Shown piece by piece: positions 15,423-24,853 of a stretch of 64,000 nucleotides of DNA. Position numbers and translations under genes: made by a program. How positions within the stretch are numbered: the stretch's first letter is position 1; every line of letters starts with the position of its first letter. Source of the stretch: Candidatus Zymogenaceae bacterium. GTDB taxonomy: Bacteria > Desulfobacterota > Zymogenia > Zymogenales > Zymogenaceae. The DNA is taken from contig JAFGAS010000077.1 of the NCBI GenBank assembly GCA_016933535.1, positions 1,540-65,539 on the forward strand. Reading direction: 5' to 3'. The notes beneath the pieces are model-generated. The model ran no database searches. It saw only the letters and a program-made list of their open reading frames with translations, and was not told where the DNA came from.

Positions 15423-17204
15423 ATGAGCGAAGACCACGCCTTATTCATCAAGAAGGTTGCAGAAAAGTACGGGAGGGACCCGACGCGCTTGATGGATATC
15501 CTCCTGGAAGTGAACGCCCGATACGGGTGGTTCTCCGAAGAGACCATCGGCCACATCGGTGAAGCGATGGACATCCCGCGCGTCAAGATCAGGGATAAGA
15601 TCAGCTTCTATACGTTCTTCTCCCAGAAACCCGTCGGCAAGACCGTCATCCGCCTTTCCAACAGTGTCGTGGAGAAGATGAAGGGGGCCGCTGAGGTCGC
15701 CCGCGCGTTTGAGGATGCCGTGGGAGTAAAATTCGGCGAGACCACACCGGACGGCGCAATCACGCTGACGTACGCCCAGTGCATCGGCATGAGCGACCAG
15801 GCGCCCTCGGCGCTCATCAACCACACACCGGTCGGCAATCTCCTGCCCGAAGACGTTGGGGACATCGTGGAGGCCATAAAGAACGAAGAAGACATCTCCC
15901 AGCTCCCGCAGGCCCTTATAGACGTAAACCTGAGACGATCGGGCCCCGTGGTCTTTGCACCGATGGATGCCGGTACGGCCGTTCGCGCGGCCCTCAAGAT
16001 GACACCCGAGCAGGTCATCGACGAGATAAAGAAGTCTAATCTCCGCGGTCGCGGCGGCGCCGGTTTCCCCACCGGCAAAAAGTGGGAGGCCTGCCGAAAC
16101 GTCAAGAGCGACTTCAGATACATCGTCTGCAACGCCGACGAGGGGGAGCCCGGCACGTTCAAGGATCGTGTCATTATGAGCGAGCGGGCCAACCTTGTAT
16201 TTGAAGGAATGACGATCGCGGGTTACGCCGTCGGCGCCGAATACGGTATCGTCTACCTCCGGGGCGAATACGAGTATATGCTGGAGGACCTCAAGCGGAT
16301 CCTCGAAGAGAGAAGAAAGAAGGGGCTGTTGGGCAAGAACATCCTCGACAAGAAGGACTTCAATTTTGCCATCAGGATTCAGATCGGGGCAGGGGCCTAT
16401 ATTTGCGGTGAGGAGTCCGCACTCATCGAATCGCTGGAAGGCAAGCGGGGCGCCCCGCGGGAGCGTCCTCCTTTCCCGGTGGAAAAGGGATACATGAACC
16501 GCCCCACCGCCGTCAACAACGTGGAGACCCTTTGCGCTGCCGCCCGGATCATGGAGCAGGGGGCCGACTGGTTCTCGACCATCGGCACCGAGGCCTCCGC
16601 GGGCACCAAGTTGCTGTCGGTTTCCGGCGACTGCAGCAGGCCCGGCGTCTATGAGATCGAGTACGGCATCACCGTCGCCCGGTTCCTCAAGATGGTGGGG
16701 GCCGAACACGCCATCGCCGCCAAGATCGGCGGTCCTTCCGGAAGGCTCGTGGCGCCGAACGACTTTGACCGCACCATCTCTTTTGAGGACTTCTCCACGG
16801 GCGGCTCGGTCATTTTCTTCGGGCCCGGCAGAGACCTGCTGACCCATATGAAGCAATTTACCGAATTCTTCGTGGAAGAATCATGCGGCTGGTGCACGCC
16901 GTGCCGGGTCGGCACGACCCTTATGCTCAAGGAATTCGACAAGATCATTGAAGGACGGGCGACAAGAACGGAGATTGAAAACATCAAGAAGCTCGGCCAG
17001 ACCATCAAGACCATGAGCCGGTGCGGCCTCGGCCAGACGGCGCCCAATCCGATCCTCACCAGCATGCAGAATTTTCCCGAGCTGTACGAGGCCGTGATTA
17101 AGCCGGTTGATTACATCGGGACCTTCGATTTTGCGAAGGCCGTCAGCGCCGGCGCCGAGATCACGGGCAGGAAACCCCACAGTGACGAGGAGGCAAACCT
17201 ATGA
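15423..17204 (+). CDS. hoxF: NAD-reducing [NiFe] hydrogenase diaphorase subunit HoxF (NuoF-like with an N-terminal NuoE-like domain)
   Basis: GRGGAGFPTGKKWE (FMN/NADH site), ESCGWCTPCRVG and SRCGLGQ (4Fe-4S). The N-terminal ~150 aa resemble NuoE but contain a single Cys. Confidence 0.9.
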   Translation: MSEDHALFIKKVAEKYGRDPTRLMDILLEVNARYGWFSEETIGHIGEAMDIPRVKIRDKISFYTFFSQKPVGKTVIRLSNSVVEKMKGAAEVARAFEDAVGVKFGETTPDGAITLTYAQCIGMSDQAPSALINHTPVGNLLPEDVGDIVEAIKNEEDISQLPQALIDVNLRRSGPVVFAPMDAGTAVRAALKMTPEQVIDEIKKSNLRGRGGAGFPTGKKWEACRNVKSDFRYIVCNADEGEPGTFKDRVIMSERANLVFEGMTIAGYAVGAEYGIVYLRGEYEYMLEDLKRILEERRKKGLLGKNILDKKDFNFAIRIQIGAGAYICGEESALIESLEGKRGAPRERPPFPVEKGYMNRPTAVNNVETLCAAARIMEQGADWFSTIGTEASAGTKLLSVSGDCSRPGVYEIEYGITVARFLKMVGAEHAIAAKIGGPSGRLVAPNDFDRTISFEDFSTGGSVIFFGPGRDLLTHMKQFTEFFVEESCGWCTPCRVGTTLMLKEFDKIIEGRATRTEIENIKKLGQTIKTMSRCGLGQTAPNPILTSMQNFPELYEAVIKPVDYIGTFDFAKAVSAGAEITGRKPHSDEEANL

Positions 17205-17917
17205 GTCAGGAAACGGTAACCTTCACGCTGGACGGGGTGAAGGTAAAGGCTACTAAGGGACAGACCATCATGGAGGCCGCCGATGCCGCCGGTATTTACA
17301 TCCCCCGGCTCTGCTGGCACAAAGACCTCCCCTCCGGTGGGAACTGCCGCATCTGCACCGTGATGGTCAACGGCAGGCCCGCGGGCTCCTGCCTCTTTCC
17401 CGTCGAGGACGGGATCGTGGTCGAAAACAACACCAAGCAGCTCAAGGACCACCGCTGCCAGGTCGTGGAGATGCACTTCATCGAGGGCAACCACTACTGC
17501 CCCTCGTGTGAGGCCAGCGGCGAGTGTGAACTGCAGGCCCTCGGATACTACACCCAGATGCTCACCCCCACTTCCCCTTACCTGAGGCCGAAGTACGAGG
17601 TGGACGCATCCCACCCGGATGTCTATATCGATCGTGACCGTTGCATTCTCTGCGGACGGTGCATTCGTGCCTCGGAGTTCCTCGACGGCAAATGCGTCTT
17701 CTCGTTTGAGGGGCGCGGCATCCACAAAAGGATTTCCGTCAACGCGGAGCATAATCTCGGCGAAACCAATATGGAGGCCTCCGACCGGGCGGCAACGATC
17801 TGCCCTACCGGCGCCCTGATGATCAAGCGCACCGGATACCGGATACCGGTCGGCAAGCGGCGGTTTGATATACACCCGATCGGGTGGGACATCGAAAAAA
17901 AGAAGAAGAGCGGTTAA
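17201..17917 (+). CDS. hoxU: diaphorase Fe-S subunit HoxU (NuoG N-terminal-like)
   Basis: ATGA overlap with hoxF. 2Fe-2S ferredoxin start VTFTLDGVKVKA...CWHKDL..GGNCRICTV, then CPSCEASGECELQ and CILCGRCIRA clusters. Confidence 0.9.
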   Translation: MSQETVTFTLDGVKVKATKGQTIMEAADAAGIYIPRLCWHKDLPSGGNCRICTVMVNGRPAGSCLFPVEDGIVVENNTKQLKDHRCQVVEMHFIEGNHYCPSCEASGECELQALGYYTQMLTPTSPYLRPKYEVDASHPDVYIDRDRCILCGRCIRASEFLDGKCVFSFEGRGIHKRISVNAEHNLGETNMEASDRAATICPTGALMIKRTGYRIPVGKRRFDIHPIGWDIEKKKKSG

Positions 17918-17937
17918 ATTTAGATAGGGGTAAGCAG

Positions 17938-18480
17938 ATGGCAAAGCCACTCATAGCAACACAGCATCTGACCAGTTGTTTCGGCTGTCATATGTCGATC
18001 CTCGATATTGACGACCGGATACTCAAACTGGCAAAGATGGTCGACTTCGACAGGTCGCCCATCAACGACATAAAGGAGTTCACCTGGCCTGTGGACATCG
18101 GCATTATCGAGGGCGGGGTTTCAAACGACGAGCACGTGGAGATCCTCAAGGATTTCCGGAAGAACTGCAAGGTTCTCATCGGCATCGGCTCCTGCGCCGT
18201 CGCCAACTCCGTCCCCTCGATGCGGAATACCGTCCCGCTCAAAGAGTGCCTCGAAGAGGCGTACCTCAATGGCCCCACAATCGTCGACGGCGGGATCATC
18301 CCCAATGACGAGGATATCCCGATTCTGCTGGACAAGGTCTATCCGCTCCACGAGGTGGTCAAGATAGACTATTTCCTGCCCGGTTGCCCGCCTTCGGCCG
18401 ACACCATTTGGAACGCGCTGGTGGCGTTATTGACGGGGAAGGAACTGGAATTTCCCTACGAACTGATTAAATACGACTAA
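17938..18480 (+). CDS. hoxY: [NiFe] hydrogenase small subunit HoxY
   Basis: LTSCFGCHMS, GIGSCAVANS and LPGCPP Cys motifs of a short group-3 small subunit. ATG at 17938 follows AGGGG; the track ORF starts inside hoxU. Confidence 0.9.
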   Translation: MAKPLIATQHLTSCFGCHMSILDIDDRILKLAKMVDFDRSPINDIKEFTWPVDIGIIEGGVSNDEHVEILKDFRKNCKVLIGIGSCAVANSVPSMRNTVPLKECLEEAYLNGPTIVDGGIIPNDEDIPILLDKVYPLHEVVKIDYFLPGCPPSADTIWNALVALLTGKELEFPYELIKYD

Positions 18481-18499
18481 CGCGCGTGGAGGCAGAAAT

Positions 18500-19930
18500 A
18501 TGGCTACACGAAAGATCGTCATCAACCCGGTAACCCGTGTCGAAGGACACGGAAAGGTCACTATTCATCTCGATGAAGAGGGACACATCGGCCAGACGCG
18601 CTTTCACATCACCGAGTTCCGCGGCTTCGAGCGGTTCGTTCAGGGTCGTCTCTACTGGGAGGCACCGGTCATCGTCGAGCGTCTGTGCGGTATCTGCCCG
18701 GTCAGCCACCACCTGGCCGCCAGCAAGGCAATGGACGTGATCGCGGGGGCCGAGAAGATCACCCCGACAGCCGAAAAGATGCGCCGGCTCATGCATTACG
18801 GTCAGACGTATCAGTCCCATGCCCTGCACTTCTTTCACCTCTGTTCGCCTGATCTCCTGTTCGGTTTTGACGCCCCGGTGGAGAAACGAAACGTCTTCGG
18901 CGTCATTGAGGCATATCCCGACGTCGCCAAAAAGGCGGTCCTCATGCGGAAGTTCGGGCAGGAAGTAATCAAGGCGACTGGCGGTAAGAAGGTCCACGGC
19001 ACCGGCTCGATCCCGGGCGGTGTCAACAAGAACCTCTCCAAGGAAGAGGCCGATGAGCTCAAGAGAGACGCCGACACCATGGTCGACTGGGCCGTGGAGG
19101 CCCTGGAGCTCTGCAAGAAGATCGTCAACGCGGACGCCAAACGGCTCCTCGAATTCGGTACCTTCGAATCCAACTTCGTATCCATCGTCGCGGAAGACGG
19201 ATGCATGGATCTCTACGACGGGAATCTTCGGGCCATCGACGCCGACGGCAAGATCATCTTCGACCAGGTTAAACCGGCCGACTACCTCGACTACATCCGG
19301 GAAGAAGTACGCCCCTGGAGCTACATGAAGTTTCCGTTCATCTATCCCCTCGGCAAGGAGAAGGGGTGGTATCGGGTGGGGCCCTTGGCGCGCCTGAACT
19401 GCGCGACGTACATCGACTCCCCGATCGCCGAGAAAGAGCGCAAGGAATTTATGGCGCTGGGCAACGGCAGGCCTATACATTCGTCCCTGGCCTACCACTG
19501 GGCGCGTCTTATCGAATTGATCCATTCGGCCGAAAAGATTCGCGAACTGCTGGCCGATCCTGATCTTCAGAGAGACGAGTTGGTCGTCACCGGCAAGAAG
19601 AAAAACAGTGCCGTGGCCTGGCTAGAGGCGCCGCGGGGAACGCTGTTCCATCACTACGAGGTGGACGACAACGACCAGATCACCATGGCAAACCTCATCG
19701 TCTCCACCACCAACAACAACGAGCCGATGAACCAGGTGGTCAAGAAGGTCGCCGAGCAGTACCTCGACCGCAAAAAGATCACGGAGGGGCTCCTCAACCA
19801 CATCGAGGTGGGCATCCGGGCCTACGATCCCTGCCTCTCTTGCGCGACCCATGCCCTGGGCCGGATGCCGCTGATCGTGCAACTGTTCGACCATCATGAC
19901 GACCTCATAGACGAGCGGGTGCGCGGATGA
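18500..19930 (+). CDS. hoxH: [NiFe] hydrogenase large subunit HoxH
   Basis: N-terminal RLCGICPVSHH and C-terminal DPCLSCATH Ni-Fe ligands, with a 25-aa C-terminal extension after the His as expected for protease processing. Confidence 0.95.
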   Translation: MATRKIVINPVTRVEGHGKVTIHLDEEGHIGQTRFHITEFRGFERFVQGRLYWEAPVIVERLCGICPVSHHLAASKAMDVIAGAEKITPTAEKMRRLMHYGQTYQSHALHFFHLCSPDLLFGFDAPVEKRNVFGVIEAYPDVAKKAVLMRKFGQEVIKATGGKKVHGTGSIPGGVNKNLSKEEADELKRDADTMVDWAVEALELCKKIVNADAKRLLEFGTFESNFVSIVAEDGCMDLYDGNLRAIDADGKIIFDQVKPADYLDYIREEVRPWSYMKFPFIYPLGKEKGWYRVGPLARLNCATYIDSPIAEKERKEFMALGNGRPIHSSLAYHWARLIELIHSAEKIRELLADPDLQRDELVVTGKKKNSAVAWLEAPRGTLFHHYEVDDNDQITMANLIVSTTNNNEPMNQVVKKVAEQYLDRKKITEGLLNHIEVGIRAYDPCLSCATHALGRMPLIVQLFDHHDDLIDERVRG

Positions 19931-20433
19931 GCGACCGGGAGCAATCGGTCTTCGTTCTCGGATACGGTAATCCCGGCCGTCAGGACGACGGCCTCGGGCC
20001 GAAGGCGGCAGACCTGATAACATCCCTCGGCCTGCCTTTTATCACGGTCGACGCCGCCTTTCAACTCAATATCGAGGATGCCGAGGCGATCTCCGGATAC
20101 GACACGGTCGTCTTTGTGGACGCCTCCGTCTCGGCGCCGGAGCCGTTTTCTTTTGACAGTCTTTCTCCCGCCGACGATATCACCTTCACGAGCCACTCGG
20201 TCTCCCCCGGCTCGATCATGAGACTATGTGCCGACCACTTCGGCCCCGCGCCCCGGGGGTGGGTCATGGCGATTCGGGGATATTCGTTTGAGTTTGAGGA
20301 GGGGCTGACCGGGCAAGCCCAAAGGAATCTTGAGTCCGCTCTTGCTTTTCTCTCAGATTTCCTGATAAAACAGTCCCAGAAGTCCCCTCCGGAAAAGCCG
20401 GCGTCCGGACCTGTACAGATGAGCATGAAGTAG
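19927..20433 (+). CDS. hoxW: hydrogenase maturation endopeptidase (HoxW/HycI family)
   Basis: ATGA overlap with hoxH. VFVLGYGNPGRQDDGLG motif, and a VDA.. motif further on. Confidence 0.9.
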   Translation: MSDREQSVFVLGYGNPGRQDDGLGPKAADLITSLGLPFITVDAAFQLNIEDAEAISGYDTVVFVDASVSAPEPFSFDSLSPADDITFTSHSVSPGSIMRLCADHFGPAPRGWVMAIRGYSFEFEEGLTGQAQRNLESALAFLSDFLIKQSQKSPPEKPASGPVQMSMK

Positions 20434-20458
20434 ATCGAATAATATCAAAGTCAGCGTT

Positions 20459-20479
20459 AGGGGCGGCAAAGCCGCCCCT
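20459..20479 (+). terminator. hairpin after hoxW (terminator candidate, no T tail)
   Basis: AGGGGCGGC-AAA-GCCGCCCCT, a 9-bp stem 26 nt after the stop. Confidence 0.4.
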
Positions 20480-20695
20480 CGTCATTACAGAGCAAGAGAC
20501 GACAACGTCCCCGGCCTTCTTCGTGTCTCAGCATCATTGTGGTGAGATTCACTATTAGATGATAGTACAAGACAATTGTCCACAAAGACGCTAAGACCCT
20601 CAGGGATCAATCCGTCATCACGATATCCACGATTCCGTTTGAAAATAGGCCGCGTATGTAGTACCATCAAGTCGCACATTAATAAAGAGGCCTGT

Positions 20696-21694
20696 ATGCA
20701 ACACGATAAAATCCTGCTCGCCCACGGCGGCGGCGGGATCCTTACCCGCGAGCTGATCGAGACGATCATCGTCCCGGCGTTCGGGACCGATCCCCGAGGC
20801 CTGCCCGATGCCGCCCCGGTCCCCGGCACGGCCGATATCATGCTTACCACCGATTCCTTCGTGGTCAAGCCCCTCTTCTTCCCCGGCGGCGACATCGGCA
20901 GCCTGTCAATCCACGGGACGGTCAACGATCTTGCCGTCTCCGGCGCAAAGCCCCTGGCAATTGCCCTTTCTCTCATCATCGAGGAGGGACTTGAAGTCGA
21001 AACGCTCAGGCGTGTCGTCACGTCAGCCGCCCGGGCGGCCCGGGAGTGCGGAGTGGCCGTCGTCACCGGCGACACCAAGGTCGTGGCGCGACGAGAGGCC
21101 GACGGGCTCTTTATCACCACCGCCGGCGTCGGGATACGAAGGATCACCACCGACCCCCGGACGATCACACCGGGCGACGCCGTCATCCTCAGCGGCCCCA
21201 TCGCCGAGCACGGGATTGCCGTCATGAGCAAAAGGGAGGGCATCGACTTTAAGACACAATTCGAGTCGGATTCGGCGTCGGTCTGGCCGCTGGTAGAAAG
21301 CCTCATAGAAAGCGGGGCCGCCGTCAGGGTCATGCGCGACCCGACGCGGGGCGGGCTTGCCGCCGCCCTGATGGAGCTGGCCGCCGACGGAAACATCACG
21401 GTTCAGCTTCGGGAGGATGCGATTCCGATCGAGGAAGGGGTTGCGGCGGCCTGTGAGATGCTGGGCCTTGACCCGCTGACGGTCGCCAACGAGGGTAAGC
21501 TCGTCGTCTTTGTCTCTAAGCGGGACGCCGAACGGACGGTCGCTGTCCTGCGGACAATCGCGACGGGACAGCGGGCGGCGATTATCGGATCCGTCGTACC
21601 CGCGGGGCCTGTGCCGGTTACAATCGAGACCCGTTTCGGATCGGTCAGGGCCGTGGATATGCCCTACGGTGAGGAACTGCCCCGGATCTGCTGA
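20696..21694 (+). CDS. hypE: hydrogenase maturation carbamoyl dehydratase HypE
   Basis: MQHDKILLAHGGGG, AIR-synthase-like fold motifs, and the invariant C-terminal PRIC. AAGAGG RBS. The antisense ORF 20485..21399 is its shadow. Confidence 0.95.
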   Translation: MQHDKILLAHGGGGILTRELIETIIVPAFGTDPRGLPDAAPVPGTADIMLTTDSFVVKPLFFPGGDIGSLSIHGTVNDLAVSGAKPLAIALSLIIEEGLEVETLRRVVTSAARAARECGVAVVTGDTKVVARREADGLFITTAGVGIRRITTDPRTITPGDAVILSGPIAEHGIAVMSKREGIDFKTQFESDSASVWPLVESLIESGAAVRVMRDPTRGGLAAALMELAADGNITVQLREDAIPIEEGVAAACEMLGLDPLTVANEGKLVVFVSKRDAERTVAVLRTIATGQRAAIIGSVVPAGPVPVTIETRFGSVRAVDMPYGEELPRIC

Positions 21695-21714
21695 GTAACG
21701 GGGTGATGGACACC

Positions 21715-22515
21715 CTATTTCCCCTCACTCAGCAGCAGTCTCTTTTCTATGGCGCGTTTCGTCGTCAGGACAATGGTATCGAGCTCGAACGGTTTTTCTA
21801 TGTAGTCGTACGCCCCGAGCTTGACGGCGGCGATCGCCGAGTTCTTGTCGGCATTCCCGGTGATAATTATAACCTGGGATGACGGAGATACCGCCTTGAC
21901 GTGGCGGAGGACCTCGATTCCGTTTCTCTTGGGCATCATAATATCAAGTATCACCACATCGTGCTTCTTGTCATTGAACATGCCGATAGCCTGCTGGCCG
22001 TCAGCGGCGCTGTCGATGTGCGTGAACCCTTCGGCCGAGAGCGTCTCGGAGATGATGTTACTGATCTCGGCCTCATCATCGGCTATCAGGATACGTGAAT
22101 CGACGATCTTTTGCTCATCCAGACCGTAGGGATTCTCGTAGATGAACTCCAACGGCCCTCGGATTGTCTCGAACGAGCGATTGACCTCCTCAAGCTGCTC
22201 GATGGTGATGGGCTTTTTGAGGCAGACGAAGACTCCCTTGGGAATGGAGTTGCCCAGCATTTGATCCACGGCGTTGCCAGAAATCAACACCGATGACACC
22301 TTCGGCTCGATCTCGCGCATTCTCTTGAGCGTTTCATACCCGTCGATGCCGGGCATCATAACGTCAATATAGGCCAGATCCACCTCGTGGTCCCGCACGT
22401 AGTCGATGGCGGCATATCCGTCGGCCACCGTCACTACTTCCTGTCCCATTTCAGTCAGGGTTTCTTCAAGATAGTCCCTGATGGTGGGTTCGTCGTCGAC
22501 AACCAGTATCTTCAT
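21715..22515 (-). CDS. tandem double-receiver response regulator (REC-REC, no output domain)
   Basis: MKILVVDDEP...LAYIDVMMPGIDG...LKKP, then RILIADDEAE...VVILDIMMPKRNG...IEKPF. Confidence 0.9.
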   Translation of the reverse strand: MKILVVDDEPTIRDYLEETLTEMGQEVVTVADGYAAIDYVRDHEVDLAYIDVMMPGIDGYETLKRMREIEPKVSSVLISGNAVDQMLGNSIPKGVFVCLKKPITIEQLEEVNRSFETIRGPLEFIYENPYGLDEQKIVDSRILIADDEAEISNIISETLSAEGFTHIDSAADGQQAIGMFNDKKHDVVILDIMMPKRNGIEVLRHVKAVSPSSQVIIITGNADKNSAIAAVKLGAYDYIEKPFELDTIVLTTKRAIEKRLLLSEGK

Positions 22516-22634
22516 CTCCTTGGACTCCTTTCTGTTTGGCGTTGGGCCGCCCGGTTATCGCCTCAAACATCGGCACGGTCTCAGGATAACATAGTAAAGC
22601 CTAAAGATAAATACGTATCGAGCGGTATCTTGTC

Positions 22635-23765
22635 CTATCGCTCGGTTTTTCCCCCGAACGCGAACTCCATAAGGCTAATCATCAAAAATACGGCCAGCGC
22701 CTGGGCGACGAGGACCACGGCGGTGAAGAACCGGGCGTCCCTGAGGGCCAGGGCGCCCAATCCGAAGACGATGTTAACCAGTACGAGGAATACGACGGTC
22801 AGATGTCTGCTTCCAAGGATACTGTTCATCCGGTGGTGGAAATGGTCATGGCCGGTGAAGGCAAGGAGTTGCCGGAGATTTTTGACCCTCCCGGTCACGA
22901 TACGCGAGATATTGGTGTAGGCCATATCGTATATCAGGATTCCGAAGATCAACAGGGGAGTCGAAAAAGAGACGAGAGGATCGTTATCCGACCATTCACC
23001 GATGAGGGCCAGACAGGCCAGGACAAAGCCCAAAAACGAGCTCCCGGAGTCGCCGAGGAATATCCGTGCCGGCCGTTTCGGGCTGAAATTGTAGGGGAAA
23101 AACCCTATTACCGCACCGAACAGTGCAGCCGAAAGCCACCCCAGCTCCGGCTGATCGGTCAAAAATGCTATCGCTCCCAGAAAAAAGGAGATCGTTACGG
23201 AAATCCCGGCACAGAGACCGTCCATACCGTCCACAAAGTTCATGGCGTTGGTAATCCCGACGATCCACAGGAAGCTCAGCAGATAATTGAGTATCTGTCC
23301 CAACGGCGTTGGGTAAAAGAGCCGCAGATGAACGCCGGCGTACGCCACCATCACAAATGCCGCCGCCTGGGCCAGGAGCCGGACCCACTCCCTGACTCCG
23401 AAACGGTCTTCGAGGATGCCGACCGAAAGGATAAGGGTCGAGGCCGATATTACCGTGATAAGAATGGGGGTGATGATTCCGTTTATAAAAAGGCAGAGGA
23501 TAAACGAACAGAAGACCGCGAGCCCCCCCAGGAGCGGGGTGGGCGCTTCGTGGTCCTTCCTTCCCCCCGGAACGTCCATAACACCCAGGCGTACGGCGAG
23601 CCTGGCCGCTATCGGGACAAAGACAAAGGACGAAACGGTCGAGAAGACCACCAGCCACAACCACCGCTGGCCTGCCCCGGAAAAATAGCGGAAAACCGGC
23701 GGCACGGCCAGCAGCACAACGAGTGCCGCGGCGATAAACCAGAGAGGCCCGAACATCCGTTTCAT
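22635..23765 (-). CDS. polyprenyl-phosphate N-acetylhexosamine-1-phosphate transferase (WecA/MraY, GT4 family) - initiating enzyme
   Basis: Polytopic membrane protein with NAMNFVDGMDGLCAG and FLGDSGSSFLGF motifs. Confidence 0.9.
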   Translation of the reverse strand: MKRMFGPLWFIAAALVVLLAVPPVFRYFSGAGQRWLWLVVFSTVSSFVFVPIAARLAVRLGVMDVPGGRKDHEAPTPLLGGLAVFCSFILCLFINGIITPILITVISASTLILSVGILEDRFGVREWVRLLAQAAAFVMVAYAGVHLRLFYPTPLGQILNYLLSFLWIVGITNAMNFVDGMDGLCAGISVTISFFLGAIAFLTDQPELGWLSAALFGAVIGFFPYNFSPKRPARIFLGDSGSSFLGFVLACLALIGEWSDNDPLVSFSTPLLIFGILIYDMAYTNISRIVTGRVKNLRQLLAFTGHDHFHHRMNSILGSRHLTVVFLVLVNIVFGLGALALRDARFFTAVVLVAQALAVFLMISLMEFAFGGKTER

Positions 23766-24853
23766 GGCTTGCCCGCCAACACCGCGACCACCGCCTCGGC
23801 AACCCGCCTCGTCTCATCGTCGGTCAGCGCCGGGTACAGGGGAATTGAAATGTCGCGGTTATGCGCTCGTTTGGCCCCGGGGAGTTCCCCGGTCTCCTCG
23901 TATGTGTAAAGCGGCGCAAAGACCGGCCGCCGGGCGGCGATTCCCCGTTCCCCGAGACGGGAAATAACCCGATCCACCCCGTCGTCGCTTTTTACGACAA
24001 ATCGGTAGTGGATATCCTCCCCCTGCCCGGCGGGCGGGGGAAGCTCTACGCCCGCCGCGGAAAACGTCTCTCGATAAAAATCATGTATCGCGAGCCTCCT
24101 TTGCAGAAACTCGTCGATCCGTGACATCTGGCTCGCCCCGAGGGCGGCCTGAAACGAGGTCATCCCGTACGCGTATCCGGTCAGGACGTCCGTGCGCTCG
24201 TCGTATCGGACCAGGTCACGAATCCGCCCGATGAGGCCCGCATCGTCCGAGCAGACCATCCCGCCGAATCCCGTCGTGATGACCTTTGTGGCATAGAATG
24301 AAAAGACCGCCGCGGTCCCCCACGACCCGAGCGGTTTTCCCCGGCACTCTCCTCCCAACGATTGGGCGCAATCCTCAAGCACCGGAACGCCGAGGGATAC
24401 GATATCGTCCACGGGTGCGGCCCTGCCGAAGAGGTGGACGGCAACGATCGCCTTTGTCCGTTTTGTCAGGACCGCCCGTATATGATCGGCCGAAGACAGC
24501 CCCGTCTCGGGGTCCACGTCGGCAAGGATGGGCCGCCCGCCGACGTGACGGACGGCATAGAGCGGGGCCGCGCAGACATAGGCGGGCAGGATCACCTCGT
24601 CGGCCGGCCCGACCCCGAGGGCGGCCAGCGCCAGGTGGAGCGCCGCGGTACCCGAGCTGACCGCACATCCGAGGGCCGTGCCCGCCCGATGAGCCACGGC
24701 CGTTTCAAAGGCCGAGACGGCGGGCCCACCGGCAAGCATTGTGGTCATCACCGACTGAGCCACGGCGCGGGCGTCATCCGGGATAATCGACGGGCGGGAA
24801 TGTCGGATAAGCCCGTGCGTATCTTCGGTTTTTTGAGAGGGTGTCCGTCTCAT
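23762..24853 (-). CDS. DegT/DnrJ/EryC1/StrS-family sugar aminotransferase
   Basis: RPSIIPDDARAVAQSV N-terminus, DCAQSLGG, FSFYATKVITTGFGG (PLP Lys). I prefer the ATG at 24853 (TGATG junction with the upstream gene) over the track start at 24883. Confidence 0.85.
   Translation of the reverse strand: MRRTPSQKTEDTHGLIRHSRPSIIPDDARAVAQSVMTTMLAGGPAVSAFETAVAHRAGTALGCAVSSGTAALHLALAALGVGPADEVILPAYVCAAPLYAVRHVGGRPILADVDPETGLSSADHIRAVLTKRTKAIVAVHLFGRAAPVDDIVSLGVPVLEDCAQSLGGECRGKPLGSWGTAAVFSFYATKVITTGFGGMVCSDDAGLIGRIRDLVRYDERTDVLTGYAYGMTSFQAALGASQMSRIDEFLQRRLAIHDFYRETFSAAGVELPPPAGQGEDIHYRFVVKSDDGVDRVISRLGERGIAARRPVFAPLYTYEETGELPGAKRAHNRDISIPLYPALTDDETRRVAEAVVAVLAGKP

Noticed and set aside
15441-16856. 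471-aa minus-strand ORF, and the similar 18467..19525
   Set aside because: They are antisense to hoxF and hoxH, which carry diagnostic cofactor motifs. They are shadows.
20485-21399. 304-aa Ser/Ala/Arg-rich minus-strand ORF
   Set aside because: It is antisense to hypE, whose frame ends in the invariant PRIC.
22803-23909. 368-aa plus-strand ORF, and the similar 34751..35953, 30715..31542 and 27282..28016
   Set aside because: They are antisense to clearly recognisable glycan-operon genes and have highly charged or low-complexity translations.
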